From a virus, in the IMG/VR virus record IMGVR_UViG_3300032286_000710, positions 64,001 to 128,000 of that record: 64,000 nt of DNA. One strand, given 5' to 3'. Position numbers and translations under genes: made by a program. This document shows positions 37,985 to 48,800 of the stretch, in pieces (position 1 is the first letter of the stretch; the number at the start of each line of letters is the position of its first letter). The notes beneath the pieces are model-generated. The model worked only from the letters and a program-made list of their open reading frames with translations, was not told the origin of the DNA and did not search any database.

Positions 37985-39172
37985 TCAAGCACCACGATAA
38001 GATGGTCCGTATCCAGAGGTTGGATTATTTGGGCTAGCTATTAAGTCTTGTGGATGAGTAACAGTCATGCTATTATAGGTTGAATAACTATAAGTCATAC
38101 TACCATTACCACCGCCAGCATCAGCACCTTGGTAGTTAACTGAAGATAATCTGCTCTTTGTACCCAAATCAAATACTGTGCCGTCGTGTAATTTAATCAT
38201 GATGGTTTCTTCTGAAGTATTATTACCATAATTTTCACTAGTTGAAGGAAATTTGCCAACATCACCTTCTTCATAGGCATTAATGAAATCTCCAGATACA
38301 GCAATAACTTCAAATTCGCATGTTACTTCTACTGGGAAATTAGCAAATCGATAGTATGGAGCTTTTCTACCTAATTCTTGGATACTTTCTCTATTTAAAT
38401 CTGTGCTAATTGAAATATTTTGAAAGTGAACATTTGGCTTTAGTGAAGAAGAATTCCAAGCATTTCCAGCTGTTGCGCTTTGGGCAACTCCGTAAATAGA
38501 TTTTGGAAAAATAGAATTTTTTATATCTACATTTTCTCTTCTTTGAATACCACCGTAAGTAGTTCCAGCCTGTAAATTCTTTGGTTTATCAAGATTTCCA
38601 ACCGCCCCGACCCAATCTAACTGTAAAGCAACCGCACTTGTAAATTTGGAAGTATTCCAAGCTTTATGATTGCCAACTAGAGTGAGAGATTCTGTGCAGT
38701 TACCATCTGTTGGAAGAGTATAGCTTATACTACTCACATACATACCACTCATTTGAACTTCTGCTGTAGCATTAGCAGCAGCATCAGCGATATGCTCAAC
38801 AGTGTCTGGGAAAACACCTAAATACACATTGCATCTTTGTTTTGATCTTGCTACTAGTGATAGTTTGCTGGCACTACTAAGTCCAGATTCTTGATCTACG
38901 CCACATGTGGCAACATGATACATGAGTGGAAATCCGTCAAGCACCTTTTCTAGTGTAACTTCAACGTCTGGTACACCTTCGATATTTTCGTAAATATGGA
39001 TCTGACCTAGTTCGAAAACTTGTTCTAGATTGAATGTTGTATTTAGGCCAATGCTTTGAACGCCATGTAAAGCCTGTACTCCCGTTGACATTGGCGTTAG
39101 AGTGCCAGCGTTATCATATAGTGGCTCAATAGCGACCGCTTGGCAAGCGTAGAAGATTCTGTTGTTGGGCAT
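37985..39172 (-). CDS. Major tail (tube) protein
   Basis: HGVQSIGLNTTFNLEQVFELG and the internal repeat ISTDLNRESIQELG, typical of tube folds; strong AGGAG RBS, own promoter motif, position before chaperones and TMP. Confidence 0.75.
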   Translation of the reverse strand: MPNNRIFYACQAVAIEPLYDNAGTLTPMSTGVQALHGVQSIGLNTTFNLEQVFELGQIHIYENIEGVPDVEVTLEKVLDGFPLMYHVATCGVDQESGLSSASKLSLVARSKQRCNVYLGVFPDTVEHIADAAANATAEVQMSGMYVSSISYTLPTDGNCTESLTLVGNHKAWNTSKFTSAVALQLDWVGAVGNLDKPKNLQAGTTYGGIQRRENVDIKNSIFPKSIYGVAQSATAGNAWNSSSLKPNVHFQNISISTDLNRESIQELGRKAPYYRFANFPVEVTCEFEVIAVSGDFINAYEEGDVGKFPSTSENYGNNTSEETIMIKLHDGTVFDLGTKSRLSSVNYQGADAGGGNGSMTYSYSTYNSMTVTHPQDLIASPNNPTSGYGPSYRGA

Positions 39173-39207
39173 AATTCTCTCCTATTTTAAGATGGTAAGC
39201 TCTAGTT

Positions 39208-39217
39208 ACTTATACAC
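39208..39217 (-). promoter_or_regulatory. Putative late promoter GTGTATAAGT
   Basis: GTGTATA core about 40 nt upstream of the tail tube start. Confidence 0.6.
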
Positions 39218-39222
39218 TAAAT

Positions 39223-40194
39223 TTATACTGAAGTTTCAATTGTCTCAAGCGTCATCCTCACAATACCAGCATAGAAATTGCTATTTACTAGCTTCATATT
39301 TTGAACGCTAGAATTTTTTAATCTCAAACTCCCACGATAGTACTTATCTATTAAATCTGGGTATCTTAAAGCTCCAGAAACCGGAAATCCGTGATAATCT
39401 AGAGGAAATGCGCCACTTCTGGCTATGTTATTACTATTAAACATGTATATAGTCTTCTCGTTTTGCAAAGAAATAATATCTACTAATTTATTTCTAGTAT
39501 ATTCATCCTCTGCCAAACAGTGGAAAAGTAAATCTGTTTCAACAAATTGACCACCCCCAAGCTGATATCCCCTCATTGTTCGACGGGGAACTACTTCTAT
39601 AGCTATTACTGGTAATTGAATCCTGGCCTCTGTTGGGAGTTCATATTTACCTTTATTTAATACATTAAAGTCAGTATTAAGATCTAATGATGAGTATTGA
39701 ACTTCAGCCAGCCAAGGAAGGCTATTAGCATAAACTATATTGATGTACCTATAACTATACTCGGCTTTTACGATGCTGGATGTAGGAATAGGATTATTAA
39801 AGATAATTCTACCATTAAAATAGTCTACTTTATGGGCATATGTGCCATTAGTGTTGGATGGGTAAAATGTATTGTTTACATAAACTCCAGAAATACCGGG
39901 AATTGAGTTATTATTTCCAACAATTGGAGAGGGAGTATAAGAAACCCCGCTTTGCCATACCCAGTTTTGCCTAAAACTTTCCCAAGCCTTACCGCTAGGA
40001 AAGGAGGAATTGGAGGACATTCTAAGTTTACTATAATCTACACCTTCTGGAGAAAGTTCGCCAAGGGATACATTCATGTAGTTCCCTTTTTCTAAAAGCG
40101 ACCACTCCAAAAATTCAACTATATTATCTTGCAGTTCATTATTTAACGTACTGTCAAATACACTGTCAAATCCTTTAAGATTTAGATAGTTCAT
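39223..40194 (-). CDS. Putative tail completion/terminator protein
   Basis: QLPVIAIE..GYQLGGG..DLLFHCLAE..RNKLVDII pattern; position before the tube gene. Confidence 0.55.
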   Translation of the reverse strand: MNYLNLKGFDSVFDSTLNNELQDNIVEFLEWSLLEKGNYMNVSLGELSPEGVDYSKLRMSSNSSFPSGKAWESFRQNWVWQSGVSYTPSPIVGNNNSIPGISGVYVNNTFYPSNTNGTYAHKVDYFNGRIIFNNPIPTSSIVKAEYSYRYINIVYANSLPWLAEVQYSSLDLNTDFNVLNKGKYELPTEARIQLPVIAIEVVPRRTMRGYQLGGGQFVETDLLFHCLAEDEYTRNKLVDIISLQNEKTIYMFNSNNIARSGAFPLDYHGFPVSGALRYPDLIDKYYRGSLRLKNSSVQNMKLVNSNFYAGIVRMTLETIETSV

Positions 40195-40832
40195 TATGCA
40201 CCTAGTATATTTTCAAAGATTTTAGCTATTTGTTTTTCTTGTTCACTGCCGGTTAAAGCGCGAGTTATAAAATTATTTTGATCTGTTCCAGAAAATTGTG
40301 GGGGTACTCTAAAAGAACCTCCCTCTTTCATGTTACCTAATCTAGATCGTCCCAAGCCAGTTTGTGGGTTGTATTCATATCCAACTACTATAATTTCATC
40401 TCCCCTATTTAATAACCAATCTAGCCAGTGTAAATCTCCATCTTTATAAATAGAATGACCTTGGGGGAGATTTAATAAATTAGCAAAATTGTCTGGTTGA
40501 ATATTAACTTCAATACCGCCACCCTTTAGTTTATTATTATATGGAACTACCGATATACTTGTTGAGCTTACTACCGAAGATATAATAGCATTAATTATAG
40601 AAGCTGCACTAATAGTTATGCCGAACTGACCAATCAAGGATGAAGTGCCTCCAGAAGATAAAGATTCCATTTCTGGTTGGCTTGATATCCAAGACGGTAA
40701 TAACAAATTTATTTCTTGAAGTATTTTAACTTTGCTAGATTTCATAGAAGCATTGAATTGAGTAGCTATAGCAGATAGTATATTATTTTCTATCTGATCA
40801 ACTGACTCAAGTAATTTGAGCGTAATGCTCAT
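40194..40832 (-). CDS. Putative neck protein
   Basis: LHWLDWLL..G and C-terminal SGTDQNNFITRA (gp10-like end); gene order. Confidence 0.5.
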   Translation of the reverse strand: MSITLKLLESVDQIENNILSAIATQFNASMKSSKVKILQEINLLLPSWISSQPEMESLSSGGTSSLIGQFGITISAASIINAIISSVVSSTSISVVPYNNKLKGGGIEVNIQPDNFANLLNLPQGHSIYKDGDLHWLDWLLNRGDEIIVVGYEYNPQTGLGRSRLGNMKEGGSFRVPPQFSGTDQNNFITRALTGSEQEKQIAKIFENILGA

Positions 40833-41311
40833 ACTCTACTCCATAGACAAGAAAAATATCTAGTCTGCCTTAATCCCATGGGAATATGTTCGCCCATCCT
40901 TTGAAATCTCATCTCTTTATAGTCGGCTATATCTTTATGAACTATAAGGGCTTTTGCTTTTAAAATTTGCGGCAAATCTTTCATAAATCCGATGGTTTGA
41001 ATTACATTGTCTGGCACTTGGATAGCACCGGTTACATTAATCCATTCTTTTGGATTCCAGTATACTTTAAGTTTTATATCTGTTAAGACTTCTACCTCTT
41101 TAATTATTTTATTGCTACGCTCATAGTCACCATCATGGAGTCTATGTACATTAATAGAATTTCTCTCTGGGATATTGTTCGTTGGAGTATAAACTATTTC
41201 TTCCATCTTATCAATAGAAACCAGCTGGCAAGTTACCCCAAAAATATCAAAGGTAGAATCTATTACGTCGTAGTACTTTTCAAAAACGCTCTCTGGCACA
41301 TTTACTGGCAT
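40829..41311 (-). CDS. Putative head closure / head-tail joining protein
   Basis: 160-aa beta-rich ORF in the neck cluster. Confidence 0.5.
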   Translation of the reverse strand: MPVNVPESVFEKYYDVIDSTFDIFGVTCQLVSIDKMEEIVYTPTNNIPERNSINVHRLHDGDYERSNKIIKEVEVLTDIKLKVYWNPKEWINVTGAIQVPDNVIQTIGFMKDLPQILKAKALIVHKDIADYKEMRFQRMGEHIPMGLRQTRYFSCLWSRV

Positions 41312-41318
41312 AAGTCAC

Positions 41319-41831
41319 CTATATTGTTAGATTGATAGCGTTTAGTTCTTCTAGTGTTGTAGACTCATTAATAGATTGTTTTAAAACAGCATATGAATTG
41401 CTTAAGGTAGCTCTGGCTTGACCGTATTGTAACATTAGTTGAGTAAACTCTAATAGCGATAAACCATGAGAATTGCCTTCAGTATCAACTATATATGATG
41501 GATCAGTAAGGCCAATATTGTTGGCTTCTTTAGCTAGTATGAATGCTCCAGTTAATAACGTAATGTCTTGAATATCTATACCTAGTTTATATCCGGCCTG
41601 AGTTGTCCAGCCAGATTTTACAGTTTGAGTCCAGAGTTGATCTAATTGTTTTAATTTTTCTATCTTAGCTTTATCTAAAGGCCAAGAAGCTATAATGTTT
41701 TCAATCTGTTGTAACTGCTGTGATGATGGATTATTATCTTTTAAGTATTTTACAGTTATAATAGAATCAGCTTCTATAACAGTTAGAACGGGAATAATAT
41801 TAGAAATTTTATTTAATAGAATATTTAACAT
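41319..41831 (-). CDS. DUF4376-like fibre-associated protein
   Basis: KIEKLKQL..QDITLLTGA..LKQSINESTTLEELNAINL pattern; follows a fibre-like gene. Confidence 0.55.
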   Translation of the reverse strand: MLNILLNKISNIIPVLTVIEADSIITVKYLKDNNPSSQQLQQIENIIASWPLDKAKIEKLKQLDQLWTQTVKSGWTTQAGYKLGIDIQDITLLTGAFILAKEANNIGLTDPSYIVDTEGNSHGLSLLEFTQLMLQYGQARATLSNSYAVLKQSINESTTLEELNAINLTI

Positions 41832-43627
41832 TCATATGTCCCCATTATACCATATTCGCCTTCGTATCTATTCAATAATACCAGCGGATTACCATCTGAA
41901 CCTTTGTCTACGGGGAATAATTTAACATATCCAGACGGACTGTATGTTATTTTTGATATAAGGGTTTTATTCATAGTAACACCATAGCTATTGCCAATTG
42001 CGTCGGAATGCATTAAACCACTCGCTAAACTACCATAATAATAATTGCCCAATATGTCAGTACACTCTGCGTAATCGCCAGTTTCATCTTCTGGAACTAT
42101 TCCGCATATATATGTACTCTCTTCAACACCATTTAAAAAACACCTGACTACTAATGACAAATCAATATTAGAATCAATCAAACCATTAACTACTTCTACT
42201 GGATTAATTGGAATTTTATTCCAATATGAGTATGATGCTAGCCAACTTAAATTGGCTGATGATGATTTAGATGCTACTTGTCTAATTACTTTATTTTCTG
42301 AATTATAAATCAATCTTTGCTTTGGTGTATCAGTAAATCTATGTGAACTATTTATTAGTGATGTTTTAACGGTTCCTAAGTATCTTGCTAAAGGATATCC
42401 ATATCCACCAGAGGGAGAACAATAAACACCCTTAATTTTAGAAATTGGATAAATTCTATATGAATTACCAGAATTTGGAACATATGACCCACCATCTTCG
42501 GTATATATATCTGTTTCATGCCCGAACCATCTTTTAGTATAAAATTTTAGTTTGCTATTTTCAATATAACCAAATACATCATGTATATTATCTGACTGTG
42601 GGGTAAAGGGTGACTGTTCCAAACTTGATGAGTTAGTAACTAAAACTCCGCTTCCAGAAACGCCATCAGAAAAATCAATAGTAGACCAAATAATTTTTCC
42701 AGACTGTATAGATGGCAATGAGATGTAACTTCCATTATGTGGAGTAAAATATAACTGTGTACCAGATCCATCAAAAACGGACTGTGTGCTACTTAAAGAC
42801 AGTCTTCCGTCATTTATACTTGCATTACCTATTTCTAAACTTTTTAAGTATACGCTAGATAAATCTGGTATATCTTCTACTGTTAATGGTCTAAAAACTG
42901 GATAGTTGGGACTACATGGTGGTGAACAGCCACTGGGAGGACCGGCAAAAAATGTTCCAGCATTTTGTTTTTTAAATAGTATATTTTGATTAACAACGCC
43001 ACTTAGCTGTATTACAGAAGCAGAGTTAACATCAGTCTGGTTCATCTCAAAATGAGTTAATTGAGTTCCACCAACGTAGGATGATAATCCGTTATTACCG
43101 GACGGAAAAAATACTCCACTGTTACCAACAACAAAACCAGAAGCTTTAATATTAGAAGATGAGCTTGAACCACCAACATCTATTGATGCTGTAGGATTAT
43201 TTTTATTAATACCAATACGCCCGTTACCAGAATCTACTGTGAACTTATTACTGTATGATAAAGCATTAGAAGAATTCCAAAATGCTAAACCGCTACTTTG
43301 TGGAACTGGAAACAGACCAGATGTACTAAACACAGCATTATTGGCTGGATAAGTAACATATATCTCTTTTAAGCCCTCGGTAAAGCTTACTAAGTTGTTA
43401 CTATTAGTACTCTTGATAGGAAATCTTTTGATCTGATTATTGGAAGATAAGTATAATCCAGAGCCGATTTCGTAGTTAGTGCCGTCAGTAACAGCATAGA
43501 ACAATTCGCCGCTGTTTGAATATACAGATGAGAATGAAGAAAATCCCTGTACAACTCCACTAAGAGAGAAGTTGCCAGTACCAATAGTATAGGTTCTTTC
43601 TTTTATTCTATCGTATATATTTATCAT
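41825..43627 (-). CDS. Fibre-like virion protein
   Basis: N-terminal DRIKERTYTIGTGNFSLSG (widespread phage structural N-domain), GRIGINKNNP fibre motif, GRLSLSS..LYFTPHNG domain. Confidence 0.65.
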   Translation of the reverse strand: MINIYDRIKERTYTIGTGNFSLSGVVQGFSSFSSVYSNSGELFYAVTDGTNYEIGSGLYLSSNNQIKRFPIKSTNSNNLVSFTEGLKEIYVTYPANNAVFSTSGLFPVPQSSGLAFWNSSNALSYSNKFTVDSGNGRIGINKNNPTASIDVGGSSSSSNIKASGFVVGNSGVFFPSGNNGLSSYVGGTQLTHFEMNQTDVNSASVIQLSGVVNQNILFKKQNAGTFFAGPPSGCSPPCSPNYPVFRPLTVEDIPDLSSVYLKSLEIGNASINDGRLSLSSTQSVFDGSGTQLYFTPHNGSYISLPSIQSGKIIWSTIDFSDGVSGSGVLVTNSSSLEQSPFTPQSDNIHDVFGYIENSKLKFYTKRWFGHETDIYTEDGGSYVPNSGNSYRIYPISKIKGVYCSPSGGYGYPLARYLGTVKTSLINSSHRFTDTPKQRLIYNSENKVIRQVASKSSSANLSWLASYSYWNKIPINPVEVVNGLIDSNIDLSLVVRCFLNGVEESTYICGIVPEDETGDYAECTDILGNYYYGSLASGLMHSDAIGNSYGVTMNKTLISKITYSPSGYVKLFPVDKGSDGNPLVLLNRYEGEYGIMGTYEC

Positions 43628-44565
43628 GTTACGGTTACTGTAACGGGTGGACTACCAGAACCACCCGGTTCTGTACCGAATATTACCAAATCATTTAAGT
43701 CTGCATCTACGTATTGACCGCCATCGTCTTGTACGTAGAAAGTTAATTTTCTTAATGAAGTGGCATCATTTCCAGATCTAAATGATAAACCAACTGTATT
43801 AGTTTGAAAATCAGTGCCATTTGTGGATGTGCCTCTAGCATTACTAGATCCAATAGCAGCATAATTATTGTCAGCTAAAATGCCAGAGTGGAATGTGATA
43901 GTAAACTTACCAACTCCATCTTTATTTATACCAGAAACACCAAACGAATCTCTAACGACGGGAAGGCTATTAACTCCACTAGCATCAAAATTGATCCAAG
44001 CTTTTGCAACTCCACGGGCAGAACTCATACGAGATTTATCTTTTAAGAAAGTAAGTGATGTTCCACTACCAACATTAATAATTTCACCGGTAGAACTTAC
44101 ATAACTAAACTGTAAGCCTCTATAACCATTATTGTTTGTTACATCAGCAGAGCCGCTGGAATTAATCCAGTTATTTCTCATACCTAAACTTCCTGTCATA
44201 GCTCTGCTACCATTAGATGTTAGGTATTGAGTATGTGGATCACCAGCACTTAAATCAGCTAAATTATTGTGAGATAAACCTTGTGGGCCGGGATAAGCAA
44301 CATACTGCATCCCACCACCATTAATGAAGTTAATACCAGAACCAACATATAGTGTACCACCATTATTTCCATCTTTTTGAAGTCTTACGTCATTTACAAA
44401 TGGTGTTTCAGAATTGAAATTACCACTAGCCACAATTTGGTTTATAGAATCAACAGTGTCCACAATGCTGTTTCTAACATCGGCGGCTGAAATCATACCA
44501 GCATTGTTATCTGGTATAACGCTACCAACATATGAAATTAAACCACTTTTTGATCTAACAGTCAT
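43624..44565 (-). CDS. Fibre-like virion protein
   Basis: DNNAGMISAADVR N-domain, HNNL..GDPHTQYL motif, C-terminal AKAWINFD..GKFTITF domain. Confidence 0.65.
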   Translation of the reverse strand: MTVRSKSGLISYVGSVIPDNNAGMISAADVRNSIVDTVDSINQIVASGNFNSETPFVNDVRLQKDGNNGGTLYVGSGINFINGGGMQYVAYPGPQGLSHNNLADLSAGDPHTQYLTSNGSRAMTGSLGMRNNWINSSGSADVTNNNGYRGLQFSYVSSTGEIINVGSGTSLTFLKDKSRMSSARGVAKAWINFDASGVNSLPVVRDSFGVSGINKDGVGKFTITFHSGILADNNYAAIGSSNARGTSTNGTDFQTNTVGLSFRSGNDATSLRKLTFYVQDDGGQYVDADLNDLVIFGTEPGGSGSPPVTVTVT

Positions 44566-44577
44566 CTTAATCCTCCA

Positions 44578-45096
44578 TTAATATCTGAAATAGCCGCCTC
44601 TAGAATCATAATCACCGTGGGTTCTAACAACGTAGTCACTAGCTGGACTATAGGGGCCAAGAATGGCATGTCCAACTATGCTACCACCAGCACGGTAATC
44701 TAGTAGTAGTTTAGCATATTTATCAGAGAGGTCTTTGTATAAAACTGATAGGGTAGAGGCTACTCCCCTTAAGTCTATAGCAGAGGGTCCATCTTTGATA
44801 GAGATTGCATTTGAAGCTTCGGTCTTTAGTTCACTACCAATTATAATACAAGCAGTTTTTAATGCAGTTAAATTAATAAAAGCATTATCTTTATCCCCAG
44901 CAGTTGGGTCTGGCGAAAGATCACCGTTGGCAATATCTATAAAATAAGAATTAGTAAAATCCGTTTCTATAGTTAGCATTTGTGCGCTAACGAGAATAGA
45001 TGTTTCTATCCTATCATCAGAATATTTGTAATTAGATGGTTCTAGGTCATTGATTAAATGCCTGACCATTAACGGTATCTGGCTTCTCCAAGACAT
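44578..45096 (-). CDS. Putative head-tail connector/adaptor
   Basis: VRHLINDL..YSDDRI helical adaptor pattern; own promoter motif. Confidence 0.6.
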   Translation of the reverse strand: MSWRSQIPLMVRHLINDLEPSNYKYSDDRIETSILVSAQMLTIETDFTNSYFIDIANGDLSPDPTAGDKDNAFINLTALKTACIIIGSELKTEASNAISIKDGPSAIDLRGVASTLSVLYKDLSDKYAKLLLDYRAGGSIVGHAILGPYSPASDYVVRTHGDYDSRGGYFRY

Positions 45097-45132
45097 AAAA
45101 AGTCCCCGTTTTTGTTTTTTGGCTTCTCTATG

Positions 45133-45142
45133 TAATATACAC
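45133..45142 (-). promoter_or_regulatory. Putative late promoter GTGTATATTA
   Basis: GTGTATA core about 40 nt upstream of the 45096 start. Confidence 0.65.
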
Positions 45143-45147
45143 CAAAA

Positions 45148-45750
45148 CTAGATAGTATCTAGATCTTCGTCGTTTTCTGGAACCGGCTCATTTGCTAGCA
45201 ATTTGCGGGATTTTTTAATGGCTCGACCCACCAATAACTTACCTAAAGCATCCATAAATGGAAGACCCCTTCTACTAGCCTCTTCACGAAGCCACCCAAC
45301 CACAGTGTCCATATTTTGCTCACACCAATCATTTCCATGCTCATTCATTTCTAGGGCATGACGTTTACATGAGCAACTATCTGTCATTTGAATTCCAACA
45401 CTTTTAATCATTTTAGAAAGAATAGTGCCGGGGTGATTGGGGTGTTCTTCTAAGGTCTTTGGGTAAAGTGAACGTATATATTTGGCAGGGTCATCGCCAA
45501 GCATACTTTCTATCTTTTGTTCAGCCTGAGATTTAGTCCAATCTCCAATTAAATCATAATCTGATCCACTCCAAATAACCATATTGATTGGTAAAGAAAG
45601 CATTTGGACAGAAATGGTCTTTGAAGTTGGATTATCCATAAAGATGAAGTTTAATTGATCAAATTTAACCTCTGGTGGATTAATAATCTTTCCAGAGTTA
45701 TCTGAATATGGTGGGGGGTTAATAGTAATTTGATTTTTTAAAGTAATCAT
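45148..45750 (-). CDS. Hypothetical two-domain protein with a CSC..WC motif
   Basis: N-domain with IWSGSDYDLIGDWT; C-domain GTILSKMI..SCSCKRHA..DWC; AAGG RBS. Confidence 0.6.
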   Translation of the reverse strand: MITLKNQITINPPPYSDNSGKIINPPEVKFDQLNFIFMDNPTSKTISVQMLSLPINMVIWSGSDYDLIGDWTKSQAEQKIESMLGDDPAKYIRSLYPKTLEEHPNHPGTILSKMIKSVGIQMTDSCSCKRHALEMNEHGNDWCEQNMDTVVGWLREEASRRGLPFMDALGKLLVGRAIKKSRKLLANEPVPENDEDLDTI

Positions 45751-45819
45751 AATTTTCCTTTCATTTTAAAATGTACTCTACTATTATATAGTAGTTAGTA
45801 TCAAGCTCCAAAACACTCA

Positions 45820-48800
45820 TTAACTAGCACAATCACAAGGTGAATTACCAATGTTAGACTGAGTAAAACCATCTAGAGTACAACATCTACATCTACCACC
45901 ATACTGATTGATGCACTCACCGTAAGTAATATCCCAAGTTTCTCCACCGCACCAAAGCTCACAATTGCTGTAAAATCCTTCTGGCGGGTCGCCAGTATAG
46001 TTACATGGAACCCATGAGCGGCCACCAAATACGGGATCTTCGTACCAACCCCGGAACTCTGGTTGGGAAATAGTACCGGCAGTCTTACAGGTTCCATTAC
46101 AGCATATTTCATTTGTAAAACATGTAGAATTACCACAAGGAATCTTGCATATTCTATAAACTCTTCCAGTAGCAGCATCTGTGATAGTAGAACAAACTTG
46201 ACCGGGAGGACAGCAATTACCATCACAACAAGTATAATTAGCTGGACAACAATTACCTTCACAGCATGTTTCCCCAGCCTTACACTTATTTACACACTCA
46301 TTATTTACACATTGCAGACATTTCTCACTATTGCAGCATTGTCCTCCGCAGCAAGGAGCAACTTGCGCACATCTATCTACACAATTACCACTTATGCATT
46401 CTTGACAAGTCGCAGCATTACACGGTGGATCACAAGGAACTGGTGGTGGATCGGGAGTAACTACGGGTATACAACTTCCAGCACTAGGTGGACAACACTG
46501 ACCACCAGTTAAACTCCATCCACATGGACAACAAGTTGGGGCTGAACTAGAACCTCCGACTTTACACAAGTTTGCAGTAGCACACGGGTCTATGGTTGGA
46601 GGGGCAGAAGTTGTTACAGCGGGAGTTGTTGTTACTTGTGATGTTGTAGTAGCTTGTGACGTAGTTGTGGCTGACGGAGTTGTAACAACAATGGGTGTAG
46701 TTGTGGCTTGTGGGGTTGTTGTAACTTGTGAAGTTGTGCTAGTACTAGTGCTTGTTGTGGTACTAGTAGTGGTGCTAGTAGTTGTAGTAACACATTCATA
46801 ATATTCACAATGTCTAGCATCGTATAATTTATTAATTGTGCCATTGCATTCTGTTGGAGGTTGTACCGCTATGCAACTTTTAGGATTACATATCCAATCA
46901 GCAATACAGGTTCCATAAAAGTTCATTATTTTATCTGGAGGAATTACATCATTATTTTGATCATAACATGGGCCAGCTGGTTGATCTGGTTCTTTTGGGC
47001 AATATAAATTAACATTACAATCTATATAAGAATTATCGCAAGTAGAAAATATTCTAAGTTTAACACTTGGTGGATTTCCAACAGATGCTGTTGATGGGAT
47101 AACAATATTAGTAGGATCATTAGATTCTGCCCCTATAGATATCTCATTTGGTCCAGATCCAACTATTGCCCGAACATTAGTATTTGCTGAAATACGAATA
47201 GTAATGTTTGTGTTTGGACTATTTCCACCAATGCCCAATCCGTAATTTCCAGAAGGCGGTGGATCAGGACATGCTAGAGGCGCACAAGTTGTAGTAGCTC
47301 TAGGAGTTGTGGTAACAACTTGTCTGGTAGTTGTGGTAGTTGTATATGGGGGGTTACTTGTTGTACTAGTACTTGTGCTTGTAGAAGTACTAGTAGAAGT
47401 ACTTGTGCTAGTTGTTGTGGAAGTACTTGTACTTGTTGTGGTAGTTGGATTTACTATGTCACATCCCAAACTGTATATACAATGTTTTATACAGAATTGA
47501 TCAAAAAATTCTTCAATCAAACTGCCGCACAGTGGATATGTTGGCGGGCAAAAAGCTGGTCTACAAGTTGTGCTAGTAGATGTAGAAGTACTAGTACCAG
47601 TTGTAGAAGTTCCAGTAGTCGAGGTGCTAGTACTGGTACTGGTAGAAGTGCTTGTGCTAGTTCCTGTTGTAGAAGTACTAGTACTAGTGGAAGTACTTGT
47701 GCTGGTGGTCGTTGGAGCAATTGTTGTCGTTGTGGTTGTTGTAAATGGAATAGTAAAAGTTATTGTATTTGATAAAGTATCTAAAGATATTGGAGTATTT
47801 CCAATTATGATAGTACCAGCTGGAAGATGAGATATAAAATAATCTAAAGCGTTAGATGACACAATTTGAGATGTTGTATTACCGTTAGAATCTTGAGTTA
47901 CAACTAAACATCCAATATTATCTTGATAATCTGTAGTTATTCTAATTATATAAGTGCCATCTGGCAAATTAGTAAAAGTATATGAGGGGTCTGTTGTTAC
48001 AACCGGACTGCTCCAAGTTAATCCACCATCGCTAGATATTTCTATTATATATACTGGTGTTCCACCACCAGTTGTGCCACCGCCGGTTGGTAATTCCCAT
48101 GTAATTGTTCCACTATTAGGACTAGTTGGGGTTACTATAACATTAACAACTGGGCCGATTTGAACAGTATTAATAGTAAAACTATTACTATATCCATTAG
48201 TACCATCAACGCTAGATACTATTCCAGTAATTCTGACTATGTATATTCCATCGGAAAGATCTTTTATAAGTTGACTATTCAATGCTGTTGTTGATATATT
48301 AGTCCAAGTCTGGCCGTTATTATTAGATATATCTACTCTATAAGAAGTACCACCACTAGAATCAAAAACGTCCCAAGTAACTAAAACGTCGTTTATATCG
48401 ACATGTTTAATCTGTATTCCAGTTATTGGGTCTAGTTTTCTGTCTTGTGGGCAAGGAACATCAATATTTTTAGATGATGGAGATAAGCTTATGCTTGGAG
48501 AACCACCACAACAATTTAAATCGTAAGAACAAATACTTTTAATTGATACCAAAAGTTTTTTGTTAAATAGATTGGTTGCGATAGATTTACAATCTTGAAC
48601 TACTATTTTTTCGTCCTGTAATAAACTTATATTTTCAAATCCAAACACTGTATCAGATAAATACTGTTTTATGGAAACCTGTATAGAGTTTGTTAAGCTG
48701 ACTGTAAGTGGGAACTTTTTATCCCAAAATATTTCAAGTCCAGTAATTACAATATTACCATTAATTTTACATTTTTCAGAAGTTGTTATAAATTCTTGAC

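Noticed and set aside
37985-41311. Contractile tail sheath gene
   Set aside because: No sheath-like ORF next to the tube gene, and no recognisable baseplate wedge/J genes in the window.
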